Made by a program: the position numbers and the translations under genes. From an uncultured Clostridia bacterium (GTDB lineage Bacteria > Bacillota > Clostridia > TANB77 > CAG-508), in NCBI GenBank assembly GCA_934122155.1, contig CAKOVX010000001.1, positions 109,195 through 173,194 on the forward strand: a DNA stretch of 64,000 bases. Reading direction: 5' to 3'. Below, in pieces: positions 27,815 through 37,582 of this stretch. Position 1 is the first letter of the stretch. Each line of letters begins with the position of its first letter. The notes beneath the pieces are model-generated. The model made no database searches. It worked only from the letters and a program-made list of their open reading frames with translations, and was not told the origin of the DNA.

Positions 27815-29941
27815 TTATTCTTCTTCACTTTCATTGTTGCCTGCTTCTAAGTCTTTCATATTCAAGTTAATTCTACCTTGATTGTCAATTTCAGAAACTT
27901 TAACTGTTACTTCATCTCCAACGCTTAGAACGTCTTCAACTTTTTCTACTCTTTTGCTTGATATTTTAGAAATGTGTAATAGTCCTTCATTTCCTCCACC
28001 AATATCAATAAATGCTCCAAATGGCATAATTCTTGTTACTTTTCCATCGTAAATTCCACCAACTTCAATAACTTTAGCAATATCTAAAATCATATCCATA
28101 GCTTTTTTACCACTTTCTGAGTCATTAGCATATACACATACTTTTCCGTCATCATTTATATCAATTTTAACTCCTGTCTCATCAATGATTTTGTTAATCA
28201 TTTTTCCTCCAGGTCCGATAACATCTTTTATTTTATCTGTACATATATTTGCCATCATGATTTTTGGTGCATATTTAGAAACTTCTTTTCTTGGTTCGCT
28301 TATAACTGGTAACATTATATTGTCTAAAATATAATCTCTTGCTACTTTTGTTCTTTCAAAAGCTTCTTTAATTATATCATATGTTAGTCCGTCTATTTTA
28401 ATGTCTACTTGTATAGCAGTAATTCCATCTTTTGTTCCACCAACTTTGAAATCCATATCTCCAAAGAAGTCTTCAATTCCTTGAATATCTGTAAGCATAA
28501 TGTATCTGCTTGGATCGTTTTTATCTGTAACTAATCCTGTTGAAATACCTGCTACTGGCTTTTTAATTGGAACACCTGCATCCATTAATGCTAATGTGCT
28601 TCCACAAATACTTGCTTGTGATGTTGAACCATTTGAAGATAATACTTCTGATACAACTCTTATAGCATAAGGGAATTCATCTTCTGATGGAATAACTGGT
28701 ACTAATGCTTTTTCTGCTAAAGCACCATGTCCAATTTCTCTTCTTCCTGGTCCTCTTGATGGTCTTGCTTCGCCAACACTATATGATGGGAAGTTATATT
28801 GGTGCATATATCTTTTTGTTGTTTCTTCATCTAATCCATCTAACTCTTGTGCTTCACTATTTGTTCCTAATGTTACAATAGACATTACTTGAGTTTGACC
28901 TCTTGTGAATATTGCACTACCATGTACTCTTGGAAGTACTCCAACTTCACATGAAAGTGGTCTTATTTCATCTATTTTTCTTCCATCTGGACGTTTATGT
29001 TCTTCTAGAATCATTTCTCTTACACATGCTTTTTCTAGGTCGTGAACACTATCTGCAATAGCTGTCTTCTTTTCTTCTGCTGATTCTTCTCCATATTTTT
29101 CAACAAAGTATGCTGTAATATCCTCTGTAATTTTTTCAATGTTTGCATCTCTTACAGTTTTATCTGTAGCTTGTACATCTTGATACATTCTGTCTTTGAA
29201 GTTTGCTACTATTTCGCTATATACTTCTGGATCTGTTGCAAATGATTTATATTCAAATTTTGGTTTTCCTATTTCTGCTTTTATATCAGAAATAAAGTTA
29301 CATATTTTTTTGATTTCTTCATGTGCTGTTTTAATTGCTTCAAGCATTGTATCATTTGGTATTTCGTCAGCACCAGCTTCAATCATAGTAATTTTTTCAA
29401 GTGTTCCTGCTACTGTTAATGTTAATCTACTTTTTTCTCTTTGTGCTAATGTTGGGTTTATAACTATTTGATTATCAACATATCCAACTGCTACTGCTGC
29501 TGTAGGCCCTCCAAATGGAATATCTGATATAGAAAGAGCAGCTGATGCACCAATCATAGCACATACTTCTGGGCTATTGTCTGGATCTACTGATAATACA
29601 GTTGCTACAACACATGTATCATTTCTAAAATCTTTTGGGAATAATGGTCTTAAAGGTCTATCAATTGCTCTTGATGTTAATATTGCTTTGTCTGCTGGTT
29701 TTCCTTCTCTTTTTGTAAATCCTCCTGGAATTTTGCCTACTGCATATAGTTTTTCTTCATAATCTACTGATAATGGAAAGAAGTCAACTCCTTCTTTTGG
29801 TTCTTTTGCTGCTGTTACGTTTACCATAACAACTGTTTCTCCATAACGTACTACTACACTTCCATTACTTAGTTCTGCAATTTTTCCTGTTTCAATTGAT
29901 AAAGGTCTTCCTGCTAATTGTGTTTCAAATTTTTTAAACAT
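27815..29941 (-). CDS. pnp: Polyribonucleotide nucleotidyltransferase (PNPase)
   Basis: Two RNase PH domains, KH (IGPGGKMINKIIDETG) and C-terminal S1 domains; 708 aa; downstream of rpsO as in the conserved rpsO-pnp arrangement. Confidence 0.95.
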   Translation of the reverse strand: MFKKFETQLAGRPLSIETGKIAELSNGSVVVRYGETVVMVNVTAAKEPKEGVDFFPLSVDYEEKLYAVGKIPGGFTKREGKPADKAILTSRAIDRPLRPLFPKDFRNDTCVVATVLSVDPDNSPEVCAMIGASAALSISDIPFGGPTAAVAVGYVDNQIVINPTLAQREKSRLTLTVAGTLEKITMIEAGADEIPNDTMLEAIKTAHEEIKKICNFISDIKAEIGKPKFEYKSFATDPEVYSEIVANFKDRMYQDVQATDKTVRDANIEKITEDITAYFVEKYGEESAEEKKTAIADSVHDLEKACVREMILEEHKRPDGRKIDEIRPLSCEVGVLPRVHGSAIFTRGQTQVMSIVTLGTNSEAQELDGLDEETTKRYMHQYNFPSYSVGEARPSRGPGRREIGHGALAEKALVPVIPSEDEFPYAIRVVSEVLSSNGSTSQASICGSTLALMDAGVPIKKPVAGISTGLVTDKNDPSRYIMLTDIQGIEDFFGDMDFKVGGTKDGITAIQVDIKIDGLTYDIIKEAFERTKVARDYILDNIMLPVISEPRKEVSKYAPKIMMANICTDKIKDVIGPGGKMINKIIDETGVKIDINDDGKVCVYANDSESGKKAMDMILDIAKVIEVGGIYDGKVTRIMPFGAFIDIGGGNEGLLHISKISSKRVEKVEDVLSVGDEVTVKVSEIDNQGRINLNMKDLEAGNNESEEE

Positions 29942-30109
29942 AAATTTTTCTCCTTTTTATTTTATTTATATTATAAGCAATATGAAAATTAGCGTAACCT
30001 CTATTATATGCTATTGTTTAGTAGCACATGATACAAGCTACTTTCTAATTTTATTATTGCTTTTAATACCTATTTTTATTATTTTTTACATTTTTTTATA
30101 CAATATTCG

Positions 30110-30148
30110 CAAATTTGGACGTTTAGCATAAAAGCAAAACGTCCAAAT
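30110..30148 (-). terminator. rpsO terminator / pnp leader hairpin
   Basis: TTTGGACGTTT...AAACGTCCAAA 11-bp stem immediately 3' of rpsO, inside the ~210-nt pnp leader. Confidence 0.7.
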
Positions 30149-30154
30149 TGTAAA

Positions 30155-30418
30155 TTATTTTCTTAGTCCTAATTTTTCAACGATGTCTCTGTATCTTTGA
30201 ACATCTTTTTTAGCTAAGTAGTTAAGTAAGTTTCTTCTTGCACCTACCATTTTTAAAAGTCCTCTTCTAGAATGATTGTCTTTCATATGAACTTTTAAGT
30301 GTGCTGTTAATTCATTGATTCTTTCTGTTAAAAGAGCTATTTGAACTTCTGGAGAACCAGTGTCTTTTTCATCTCTTTTATAAGTATTAATGATTTCTTG
30401 CTTTCTTTCCTTTGTCAT
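30155..30418 (-). CDS. rpsO: 30S ribosomal protein S15
   Basis: 87 aa, [10 protein letters not shown]...[42 protein letters not shown]. Confidence 0.95.
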   Translation of the reverse strand: MTKERKQEIINTYKRDEKDTGSPEVQIALLTERINELTAHLKVHMKDNHSRRGLLKMVGARRNLLNYLAKKDVQRYRDIVEKLGLRK

Positions 30419-30526
30419 TTTATTTTCCTCCTATATTTATTTGCCTTAAGCTGAGTTTTAGTTTGGAGTATTATTCCCTAAAACTAAGTAAAAGGTATGT
30501 TTAGCATAATAAATAACGCTTTTTAT

Positions 30527-30555
30527 ATAATAACACATTTTGCTGATAAAAGCAA
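30527..30555 (-). promoter_or_regulatory. rpsO promoter (TTGCTT-17-TATTAT with TG-extended -10)
   Basis: Minus strand reads TTGCTT, then TTATCAGCAAAATGTGT (17 nt), then TATTAT. A leader stem AGTTTTAG/CTAAAACT lies between it and the RBS. Confidence 0.55.
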
Positions 30556-30580
30556 TAGTTTAGTGACTTTTTTTGATTAA

Positions 30581-30841
30581 TTATAAATTATTGACAAGTA
30601 GTATTATTACTCCTAAGCTTATATATATAAATGCAAATGCTGACAAGCCTATTATTCCTAATACCATTCCAGCCTTTCCCAGTTTACTTTCTATTTTCTT
30701 TGCTGACTTTGCCCCAAATATAATTGCTAATATTCCTGTTGGTAATGTTATATACCAAAATAGTATTGATAATGTAGATATTATTCCTAACACAAGTGCA
30801 GCTACACCCATTGCAGATTTGTTTTTATTGTTTTCTTCCAT
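30581..30841 (-). CDS. Small membrane protein (DUF4190-like)
   Basis: 86 aa, two TM helices with glycine-rich segments, reminiscent of the DUF4190 family. Confidence 0.45.
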   Translation of the reverse strand: MEENNKNKSAMGVAALVLGIISTLSILFWYITLPTGILAIIFGAKSAKKIESKLGKAGMVLGIIGLSAFAFIYISLGVIILLVNNL

Positions 30842-30843
30842 AC

Positions 30844-32910
30844 TTATATTCCTCCCTCAATTATATTAGTAATAATGTTTTCGATATTTTCATCTATTAT
30901 TTCAACTTTATCTGTTCCTTGAGATGATGGCTGTTGTTTTGTTTCACTCTCTGTATCTTTTAGCTTTAGTTCACTCACCAATTTTAATGTTTCAAGGTCA
31001 TTTACTTTTATTGCAGTTTCTGATACTGTATATAAATTATTATCTATATATAAGCCTCTTAAAAGCTTACTATTGCTATAATAATATGTTGCTTTTGCCT
31101 TTTCATGTGTTATAACGCCTTTTAATTTAAAGCCATCTTGCACATTTATGTTATATACAAAATATCCTTCTGCTATATATGGTTTACTATATTTCAAGTA
31201 ATTTCTTGTCATAATTTCATAATTATTTGATGCAGTTATTTCAAAGTTTTCTTTATAATTATTTACAGGTATTGCTATCAATGATTTTTCTTTTGAGAAT
31301 AATAACGCTTTTGGGTTTGTTAGTATTGCTGATGTTGTTCTGCTATCTCCTATTACTACACTTGAAACTTGAATTGGATTGCTTACATTTGAAACATTAA
31401 ATAAAGCCATTTTCATTCCCACTATTTTAGTTGTTGTCGAAATCACTCTTCCACTTGAATTTCTATTTATTGTTTCTTTGGTTTCCATTCCAATTCCAAT
31501 TATATAATTTTCATCATATGGGTGTAAATAAGTACTATATCCTGGTATCTTTAATTTTCCTAATACCTTTGGATTTGTTTCATCACTTAAGTCCATTACA
31601 AATAGTGGGTCCACAGTTTTATATGTTACGAAATAAACTTTATCTCCTATAAACCTTGAAGAATACATTTTCTCACCTTTTGCAACATTTTCTGATTCTC
31701 CTATTTGTTTCAAATTTTCATCAAGTATTGCTATTCTTGAGCCTTTATCTCCGTATAAAGCTATTCTTAAATGACCATCTTTCTCATCTAAAGAATATTG
31801 GTTTATGGTCTCTCCGTTTAATTTAGCTTTTGTTTTGTAATTTACATCTCCATTTTTATTCATATCAAATTTGTATATTTCTGTATAGTATCCACTATTA
31901 TTTCTATTACCATCAACTATTCCAAATACTCCCTTTATTCCAAATAGTGCCCAAATACCAATAGTGTTATATTTACGTTTTTCATTTAACAAATATATGG
32001 CATTTTTAGATACATACGCATTTGATATACTCATTAAATATGAGTCTAACTTTACTTCTGCTGTTTCATTATTCAAATCAACAATTGATATTAAAGTTTG
32101 TTTTTGTGTTTTTACATCTTTTAAGTATTTTATTTTATCAACAGAAAGTTCTTTTTCTGTATTGTCTTCTTTATATGCCACAACAACTTCATCATCTTCT
32201 TTTCTTAATGAACCTGATGAAATTACATACAAAGTATTATCTATACATCTTGAAGTATAATATGGTTGATACATTTCATAGCTCTTAGTTAGCACAGGAT
32301 TCTCTCTTGAAGTAATATTGTATATTTTTACCATTGTATTTGTTTTACTATCATAATAGTACAACATATTAGTTTGACTAACTACTGTTGATATTACTAC
32401 TAATTTATCTTTATATAATATCATATCTTCTGGTACATCATTATCATTTGACTTTATAGTAGCTGCTATTTTAGGTTCATTTGGATTTCTTACATCTGTT
32501 ATTATCACGTCATTTTCAGAAATTGAATAGATATAATTTCCATCTGTTTTTATAATATCTGCTTCATCTACATTTTCAACTTGTATATTTGTTGTTGAAT
32601 ATTCTTTACTAGAAGTTGAGTAATTTTTACTAGAATCTACACTACTTGTGAGTCCTGAAGTAATCGTCCCAGAACTTTTCATATCATAGTCCAAGTAACT
32701 ATCATAGTAGAATAAACTAAATGGCATAGCTATAATTCGAATTAACTTTTCTTTTAACTCAGTGTCCTCTCCTTGGTATATCCTTAGCAACTCTTTTTTT
32801 GACTCTATTGTTTTTAATTCTGCTTCATTCTTATGCATCATTGCAATTACTAGCGTAACTATTACTATCAGAATTAATATTGCAACAAATATCTTTAATC
32901 CCTTTTTCAT
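30844..32910 (-). CDS. Secreted/membrane-anchored beta-propeller domain protein
   Basis: N-terminal signal anchor; Ser/Thr-rich linker; the long C-terminal region has repeated blade-like hydrophobic/turn periodicity. Family assignment is tentative. Confidence 0.35.
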   Translation of the reverse strand: MKKGLKIFVAILILIVIVTLVIAMMHKNEAELKTIESKKELLRIYQGEDTELKEKLIRIIAMPFSLFYYDSYLDYDMKSSGTITSGLTSSVDSSKNYSTSSKEYSTTNIQVENVDEADIIKTDGNYIYSISENDVIITDVRNPNEPKIAATIKSNDNDVPEDMILYKDKLVVISTVVSQTNMLYYYDSKTNTMVKIYNITSRENPVLTKSYEMYQPYYTSRCIDNTLYVISSGSLRKEDDEVVVAYKEDNTEKELSVDKIKYLKDVKTQKQTLISIVDLNNETAEVKLDSYLMSISNAYVSKNAIYLLNEKRKYNTIGIWALFGIKGVFGIVDGNRNNSGYYTEIYKFDMNKNGDVNYKTKAKLNGETINQYSLDEKDGHLRIALYGDKGSRIAILDENLKQIGESENVAKGEKMYSSRFIGDKVYFVTYKTVDPLFVMDLSDETNPKVLGKLKIPGYSTYLHPYDENYIIGIGMETKETINRNSSGRVISTTTKIVGMKMALFNVSNVSNPIQVSSVVIGDSRTTSAILTNPKALLFSKEKSLIAIPVNNYKENFEITASNNYEIMTRNYLKYSKPYIAEGYFVYNINVQDGFKLKGVITHEKAKATYYYSNSKLLRGLYIDNNLYTVSETAIKVNDLETLKLVSELKLKDTESETKQQPSSQGTDKVEIIDENIENIITNIIEGGI

Positions 32911-32985
32911 ATATATACTCCTTTATTTTCTTATACTTATAGAATATACTAATATAGAAAATAAGTCAATTCACTTATCATTTTT

Positions 32986-33576
32986 TTAAAAATATTTACT
33001 TAATATTAATTCATAAGCTTTTTTTACATCTTTTTCTTCTGTTAAATTAATACCTGTATTTTTTATTTCATTAAACATATTATTTTTTGTCTCATTAATT
33101 TCATCTAATGACTTTCCTTCAAAATTCTTAGTATTTTCATATTCAATTAGTGTTCCTAAATTTTCAACGTCTTGAAAAGCATATTCTACTTTTTCTTTGC
33201 TATACACTATTACTTTATATTTTACTCTTATAAGTTCTTCAAATCCTAAGTGTTCAAATAAATCTTTAGCTTTTTCTAAGTCGTTACACTTCAAATCTAT
33301 CTTTTGTTCTGATATGACATCGCCTTTTTTATCAATCTCTTTATTTTTATATGTAATCTTTTTTATTTCTTTGTTTCTTAATTTTAAATTTCTTAATAAT
33401 ACTGAATTTTTTAAAATGTTCTGAATATTATCCTTATTTAACTCTTTCATTTTTGATGTCATATATAAATCATTTATTTCACTTTCTCTAATCTTTTTGA
33501 ATCCTTGTATTTCTAATTTTCTTATAGCACTTTGCATATTTTCATTTAATCTTACTGTTATTTCAATTTGTTTCAT
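32986..33576 (-). CDS. CYTH-like (CyaB/thiamine-triphosphatase, triphosphate tunnel) domain protein
   Basis: 196 aa; N-terminus MKQIEITVRLNE resembles the E-x-E-x-K opening strand of CYTH proteins. Assignment is weak. Confidence 0.35.
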   Translation of the reverse strand: MKQIEITVRLNENMQSAIRKLEIQGFKKIRESEINDLYMTSKMKELNKDNIQNILKNSVLLRNLKLRNKEIKKITYKNKEIDKKGDVISEQKIDLKCNDLEKAKDLFEHLGFEELIRVKYKVIVYSKEKVEYAFQDVENLGTLIEYENTKNFEGKSLDEINETKNNMFNEIKNTGINLTEEKDVKKAYELILSKYF

Positions 33577-33621
33577 AATATAATCACTCCTATTCTATTA
33601 AAGTGATTATATAACAAAAAG

Positions 33622-33658
33622 GAGAATTTTAAAAGTAAAATTCTCCTTCTTCATTCAA
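33622..33658 (-). terminator. Rho-independent terminator downstream of the GreA-like gene
   Basis: AAGGAGAATTTT/AAAATTCTCCTT 12-bp stem followed by a T-run on the minus strand. Confidence 0.7.
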
Positions 33659-33670
33659 AACTATTAAGTT

Positions 33671-34135
33671 TTAAATTTTTTCTATTGACTTAATAGTAAT
33701 TTTCATACCATTAAAATCAATTAACTCATTAATATGTTTATCAATAAGTGCCTTTGCTACTGGTGCAGCAGCCGATATTATATCATTGTCTAAATCCGAT
33801 TCATTATCTCCTAAAATAGTTAATGTCTCAGTTTCTCCATCAATATCATATACAACCTTTGAGCCAGGAATAACTTTTGAACCATCAAATGATTTAAAGA
33901 ATTCACATTCTTCAATTATCATACAATCATGCATTCTTTTATAAAGTTTTTCCTTTTCAGCTGGTAAAGTATACATAGCTTTTACACGTAGTTCCATAAA
34001 TTCAGGGTTTTCTCTTAAATCGTTATCTCTTTTTGCACTTTCTCCCATCTTTCTTTGTGTATCAACAATCTTTTGATCTATTGCTTGATATTCTTCACAA
34101 AGCTTTTCATATCCTTTTTTAGAAATCAATTCCAT
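33671..34135 (-). CDS. GreA/GreB family transcript cleavage factor-like protein
   Basis: 154 aa; an N-terminal coiled coil with acidic tip (DNDLRENPEF) and a C-terminal FKBP-like region (ISAAAPVAKALIDKHINELIDFNG) parallel the Gre factor architecture. Confidence 0.55.
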   Translation of the reverse strand: MELISKKGYEKLCEEYQAIDQKIVDTQRKMGESAKRDNDLRENPEFMELRVKAMYTLPAEKEKLYKRMHDCMIIEECEFFKSFDGSKVIPGSKVVYDIDGETETLTILGDNESDLDNDIISAAAPVAKALIDKHINELIDFNGMKITIKSIEKI

Positions 34136-34248
34136 CTAGCATTCCTCCTAATATTGTTCATTTCTAAGTTGTTTTCTTACTTTAATAAGAATTTTTCCGT
34201 AGTTATTTTGGCCATCATTATTCGGTCCGCACCCCCAATAGTTTTCTT

Positions 34249-35333
34249 TCACCGTTGCTTCAACAATTTCTGCGCAGGATACCCTGCAATCTGAAGTGCA
34301 GAAATATATGCATTTGCCATAGGCAAAATTTCCCCTATTACATAATCATATTTATTCTGCTGTCCATTTGACTTGTATCTGTTAGCCCTTTCCCTACAAA
34401 TATTCAGTACACTATATACATCTTTCCAAGTAGCAGTTTCAAATTTATCAAGGTTTTTTAACCCTTTAGTCTTTTTGAATTCAATAATGCTATTTACCAA
34501 AAATCTTTCTAAAACAACATAGCCAGAAGTTTCTCTGATTTCTGTTTTTGGATAAATGCACATACCATAATTGCCGTCTTCAGTTATACTAGGATTAATT
34601 GCATAATACTCCCCATCATAATTGCTCATAAGGTAAATCTCTGCAATTTTATAATCCTGTAAACTTCCAATAATAAACTTATGACATGTTTTTTTAAGTT
34701 TTTCAACTGTTTCAAATGCTTCATATGTTTCAATACTATAAAACTCTGTTGCATCCTCAGTTAAAGTAATCTGATGGTCAAATGGATCTTTAATATGAGC
34801 TTCCTTCATCTCAACATTACACTGCTTAGAAATAAATAAATAATTTCCTACACAGATAATTTTATGACTCAAGACTTCAGTTTCGAATACTCTTTCGATT
34901 TCAACTAAAGGCTTATATCTGAGTTCCACACACATCTTTCTACTTCCTGCACCGCACGTCTCATAATATGGCTTATAAATTTCTAGCAAATTAGCCATAT
35001 CAAGTGTGTAGTCGAACTGACTATATGCGGCATTTTTACTACACCAACCAACTTCATAAGGAGTAAATGAAAGTCTCACTCCTCCAAGTCCATTTTCATG
35101 AAGAAGATTAATTCTCTTATGCATGTCATTTAGTTCTTCATTATATCTGCTATAACTCACAGTTGAAATTCTGGTTGTTACGCCTAATTCTTTAAATGCC
35201 AATCTGATAAAAGAATCCAGATATGGATAATTTCCAATATCATTATCTAGATACGGAAAAATTACTCCTTCATCATAATCCTGCTCACAAAGATTCACTT
35301 CATCCGTTAAAAGATACTTATTTTTAATCATAA
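34249..35333 (-). CDS. Hypothetical protein (361 aa), no recognised family
   Basis: Probable start MIKNKY at 35333, preceded by AAGGAAAGAGG. The track ORF extends to 35424 without an RBS. Cys-containing segments (CGAGSRKMC, ICVGNYLFISKQC) but no radical-SAM CxxxCxxC. Confidence 0.5.
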
Positions 35334-35457
35334 TGTCTACCTCTTTCCTTAATTGTTTTAAATAGTTCTCCAACATTTCTCTGAATATCTGCACTATCAT
35401 TATTAAAAACAATAGTTGGACCATTTTCTAAAGAAAAAAACAGTAGTAAAGTCAATA

Positions 35458-35503
35458 AACTTTACTACTGTAAGAAATGGTGCCTCGAACTGGAATCGAA
35501 CCA
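35458..35503. repeat. attL-type direct repeat: 46-bp copy of the tRNA-Phe 3' end
   Basis: TGGTGCCTCGAACTGGAATCGAACCAGTGACACAGGGATTTTCAGT, identical to 43188-43233. Confidence 0.85.
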
Positions 35504-35828
35504 GTGACACAGGGATTTTCAGTTTTTAAATACCTAATCGAATAGCTTCTCCTCTTTAATAATTAAACTAACTTGCGAGAATGCTTTTGCACCTTTTTAT
35601 AAATATATTATATAAAATTATATGCCGAGAAAATCATTGCCAATGAGTTAAAATGTGATATAATATTGACCTTTTGGGTTGTTTTTTCTTTTCTGCCCGC
35701 AAGGAAAACTATTCATATTTTTAGAGGCTCGTTGGCAATGAGGAATTGGAATATATTTTTATATGATATATTGTACTTTGTGCAAAGGGCTGGGATGGTT
35801 TTTGGGATTTTGTTTAACATTCTCGCTT

Positions 35829-36461
35829 TTAATATATTAGTAAGTCTTGTTGTAATAATTTTTTTATTTCTTCTTTGTCATAATTATTACTTACTTCTAT
35901 TCTATGTAAGGGTATTCCTACTTTTTCAAACAATTCATTCTTAAATTCATCAGCTTTTTGTGCTTTTTTAGTGTTATGTGTATAGTCGTCTAATTCTATA
36001 CAACATAAAATTTTGTAACTTGTATTTTTTACTATTGTATAATCTATATTTCTTGATTTTATTCTGTTTCTATCTCTATAATTATTATCAATTACTTTTA
36101 TTATTCTTTCTAGGTCCACTTGTGGAAAAATTGTCATATCTAGTTCATCTGTTATTTTTTTTAATTCAATATAAAATTTTCTTTCTGTTCTTGTCATTAT
36201 ATATTCTTTTGCAATATATTTTTCTAAATCTTCATTATAAGTATTATAACTTGTCGCAATATTATTTTCTATGTTATTATTGTATTCTTTTTGTAAATTC
36301 AAATATCTATTATAAGATTGGTCTTCTAGATTTTGATATTCATTATAATTTTGCGTCATTTCGTTTTTTATTTGATTTTCTTTAGTTGGAGAAAAAGCAA
36401 TATCTACTATTAGTATTAAAAATAATGTTATTATTATAATTGCTAATATTAAAATAAACAT
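35829..36461 (-). CDS. Membrane-anchored DUF2726-like (restriction-endonuclease-fold / NERD-like) protein; cargo of the element
   Basis: N-terminal TM, then MTRTERKFYIELKK...FPQVDLERII...IDYTIVKN...ILCCIELDD.TH...KADEF...LFEKVGIPLHRI, matching the DUF2726 pattern. Confidence 0.5.
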   Translation of the reverse strand: MFILILAIIIITLFLILIVDIAFSPTKENQIKNEMTQNYNEYQNLEDQSYNRYLNLQKEYNNNIENNIATSYNTYNEDLEKYIAKEYIMTRTERKFYIELKKITDELDMTIFPQVDLERIIKVIDNNYRDRNRIKSRNIDYTIVKNTSYKILCCIELDDYTHNTKKAQKADEFKNELFEKVGIPLHRIEVSNNYDKEEIKKLLQQDLLIY

Positions 36462-36464
36462 TTT

Positions 36465-36689
36465 TTATTCCTTTCTTTTGTATGGTCTAATTTCATCTGT
36501 TAGTTCTAGAATATAATCCGTAGAAGTTTTATAAAATATTGCTAATTGTTTTATATATTCTGCTGGAATATCTCTCTTTCCTGTTTCGTATAAGCCATAT
36601 TGTTGTCTTGTTATTTTTAATTCTTCTGCAATATTTATTTGTTTTAATTCTGTATCTTCTCTTAAATCTTTTAATCTTTTTAAATACAT
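36465..36689 (-). CDS. XRE-family helix-turn-helix transcriptional repressor (prophage maintenance)
   Basis: 74 aa; QINIAEELKITRQQYGLYETGKRDIP is a classic Cro/C1 HTH; divergent from the structural genes. Confidence 0.8.
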   Translation of the reverse strand: MYLKRLKDLREDTELKQINIAEELKITRQQYGLYETGKRDIPAEYIKQLAIFYKTSTDYILELTDEIRPYKRKE

Positions 36690-36736
36690 ATTTTTTACCT
36701 CTTTTTAAATTTTATCATGCATTTGTTTAAATTCTC

Positions 36737-36765
36737 TTGACAAGCATTTATTTGAATGCTATAAT
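36737..36765 (+). promoter_or_regulatory. Consensus sigma-A promoter (TTGACA-17-TATAAT) with a palindromic operator in the spacer
   Basis: TTGACA 36737-42, TATAAT 36760-65. The spacer holds the dyad GCATT-N6-AATGC (36744-36759), with a half-site-like repeat downstream (GCATTCAAACAGATGC). Confidence 0.65.
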
Positions 36766-36817
36766 TCTTTCAGTAAGGCATTCAAACAGATGCTATTTAT
36801 AAAGGAGAGTAAAAAAA

Positions 36818-37105
36818 ATGAAATTAAAAGATGAATTTAAGTTTTTAAAAATTGACAGTATCAGAAGAAAAAATGCTGAAGAGCTTCCAGCAGATGAACA
36901 ATATTTTTATGTTGTGAATGTGCTTGATAAAGAAAATAACCCAGTAAGATTTTTCAGTTTTGATAACAAATTAAATAGTCAGCTTACAAAAGATATACAA
37001 AGTGGCAAAGTTAAAGGTTTACAAAATTGCTTAATAGATTTTGAATTAAAATTCACTAATAATAATTGGAACGTTTCACTTGAAAATGTAACATTCCAAT
37101 ATTAA
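36818..37105 (+). CDS. Hypothetical 95-aa protein; candidate ssDNA-binding protein (gpV analogue) by position and size
   Basis: First gene after the divergent promoter; small and hydrophilic; no motif-level support. Confidence 0.3.
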   Translation: MKLKDEFKFLKIDSIRRKNAEELPADEQYFYVVNVLDKENNPVRFFSFDNKLNSQLTKDIQSGKVKGLQNCLIDFELKFTNNNWNVSLENVTFQY

Positions 37106-37377
37106 ATTTATTATTAAAGTATTGACAACAATCCATACTTTAGCAGTTACAAGAGTAATAGTTCATTAGTGAACTGTTACTCGCGTAGCCCCGCATATTA
37201 TTCGTGATAAACCGGCGAAACGGTTTAGAAAATAGCCCACCGGCGCATGAGGTGGTGCAACCTCTCTACATGCTATCTCCTTACTTAGTTGTAGTAAATA
37301 TTTTATTCATGCGTGCTTTTAAATTTGTGCATAACAAATTTTACTAAAGATAAAGAGAACAGAAAGGAGAAATTCAT

Positions 37378-37554
37378 ATGGAAGAAGTCTCAAATGAAGT
37401 TGTAAATGAAGTAGTTAATAATGTAGTCATGAATGAACTAGAATTGCTAACTGCAATTCATAGTCAATTAGGTGTATTTACATCATTTCTATTATTCTTT
37501 ATAGTCGTCATTTTATGCTACTTCTCATATAAGTTTTTCAATATGTTCTTTTAG
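37378..37554 (+). CDS. Small coat-like protein (58 aa, acidic N-terminus, single TM, basic C-terminus)
   Basis: MEEVSNEVVNEVVNNVVMNELELLTAIHSQLGVFTSFLLFFIVVILCYFSYKFFNMFF; AAAGGAGA RBS 7 nt upstream; not in the >=60-aa ORF track. Confidence 0.45.
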   Translation: MEEVSNEVVNEVVNNVVMNELELLTAIHSQLGVFTSFLLFFIVVILCYFSYKFFNMFF

Positions 37555-37582
37555 ATTACGTAAGAGAAAGGAGCATGTGAAT

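Noticed and set aside
35636-35739. Inverted repeat CATTGCCAA ... TTGGCAATG with a ~90-nt loop containing a TGTGATATAAT extended -10 near the left end of the prophage
   Set aside because: Short arms, a very large loop and AT-rich context; it could be a promoter for the DUF2726 gene but the evidence is too weak to call a feature
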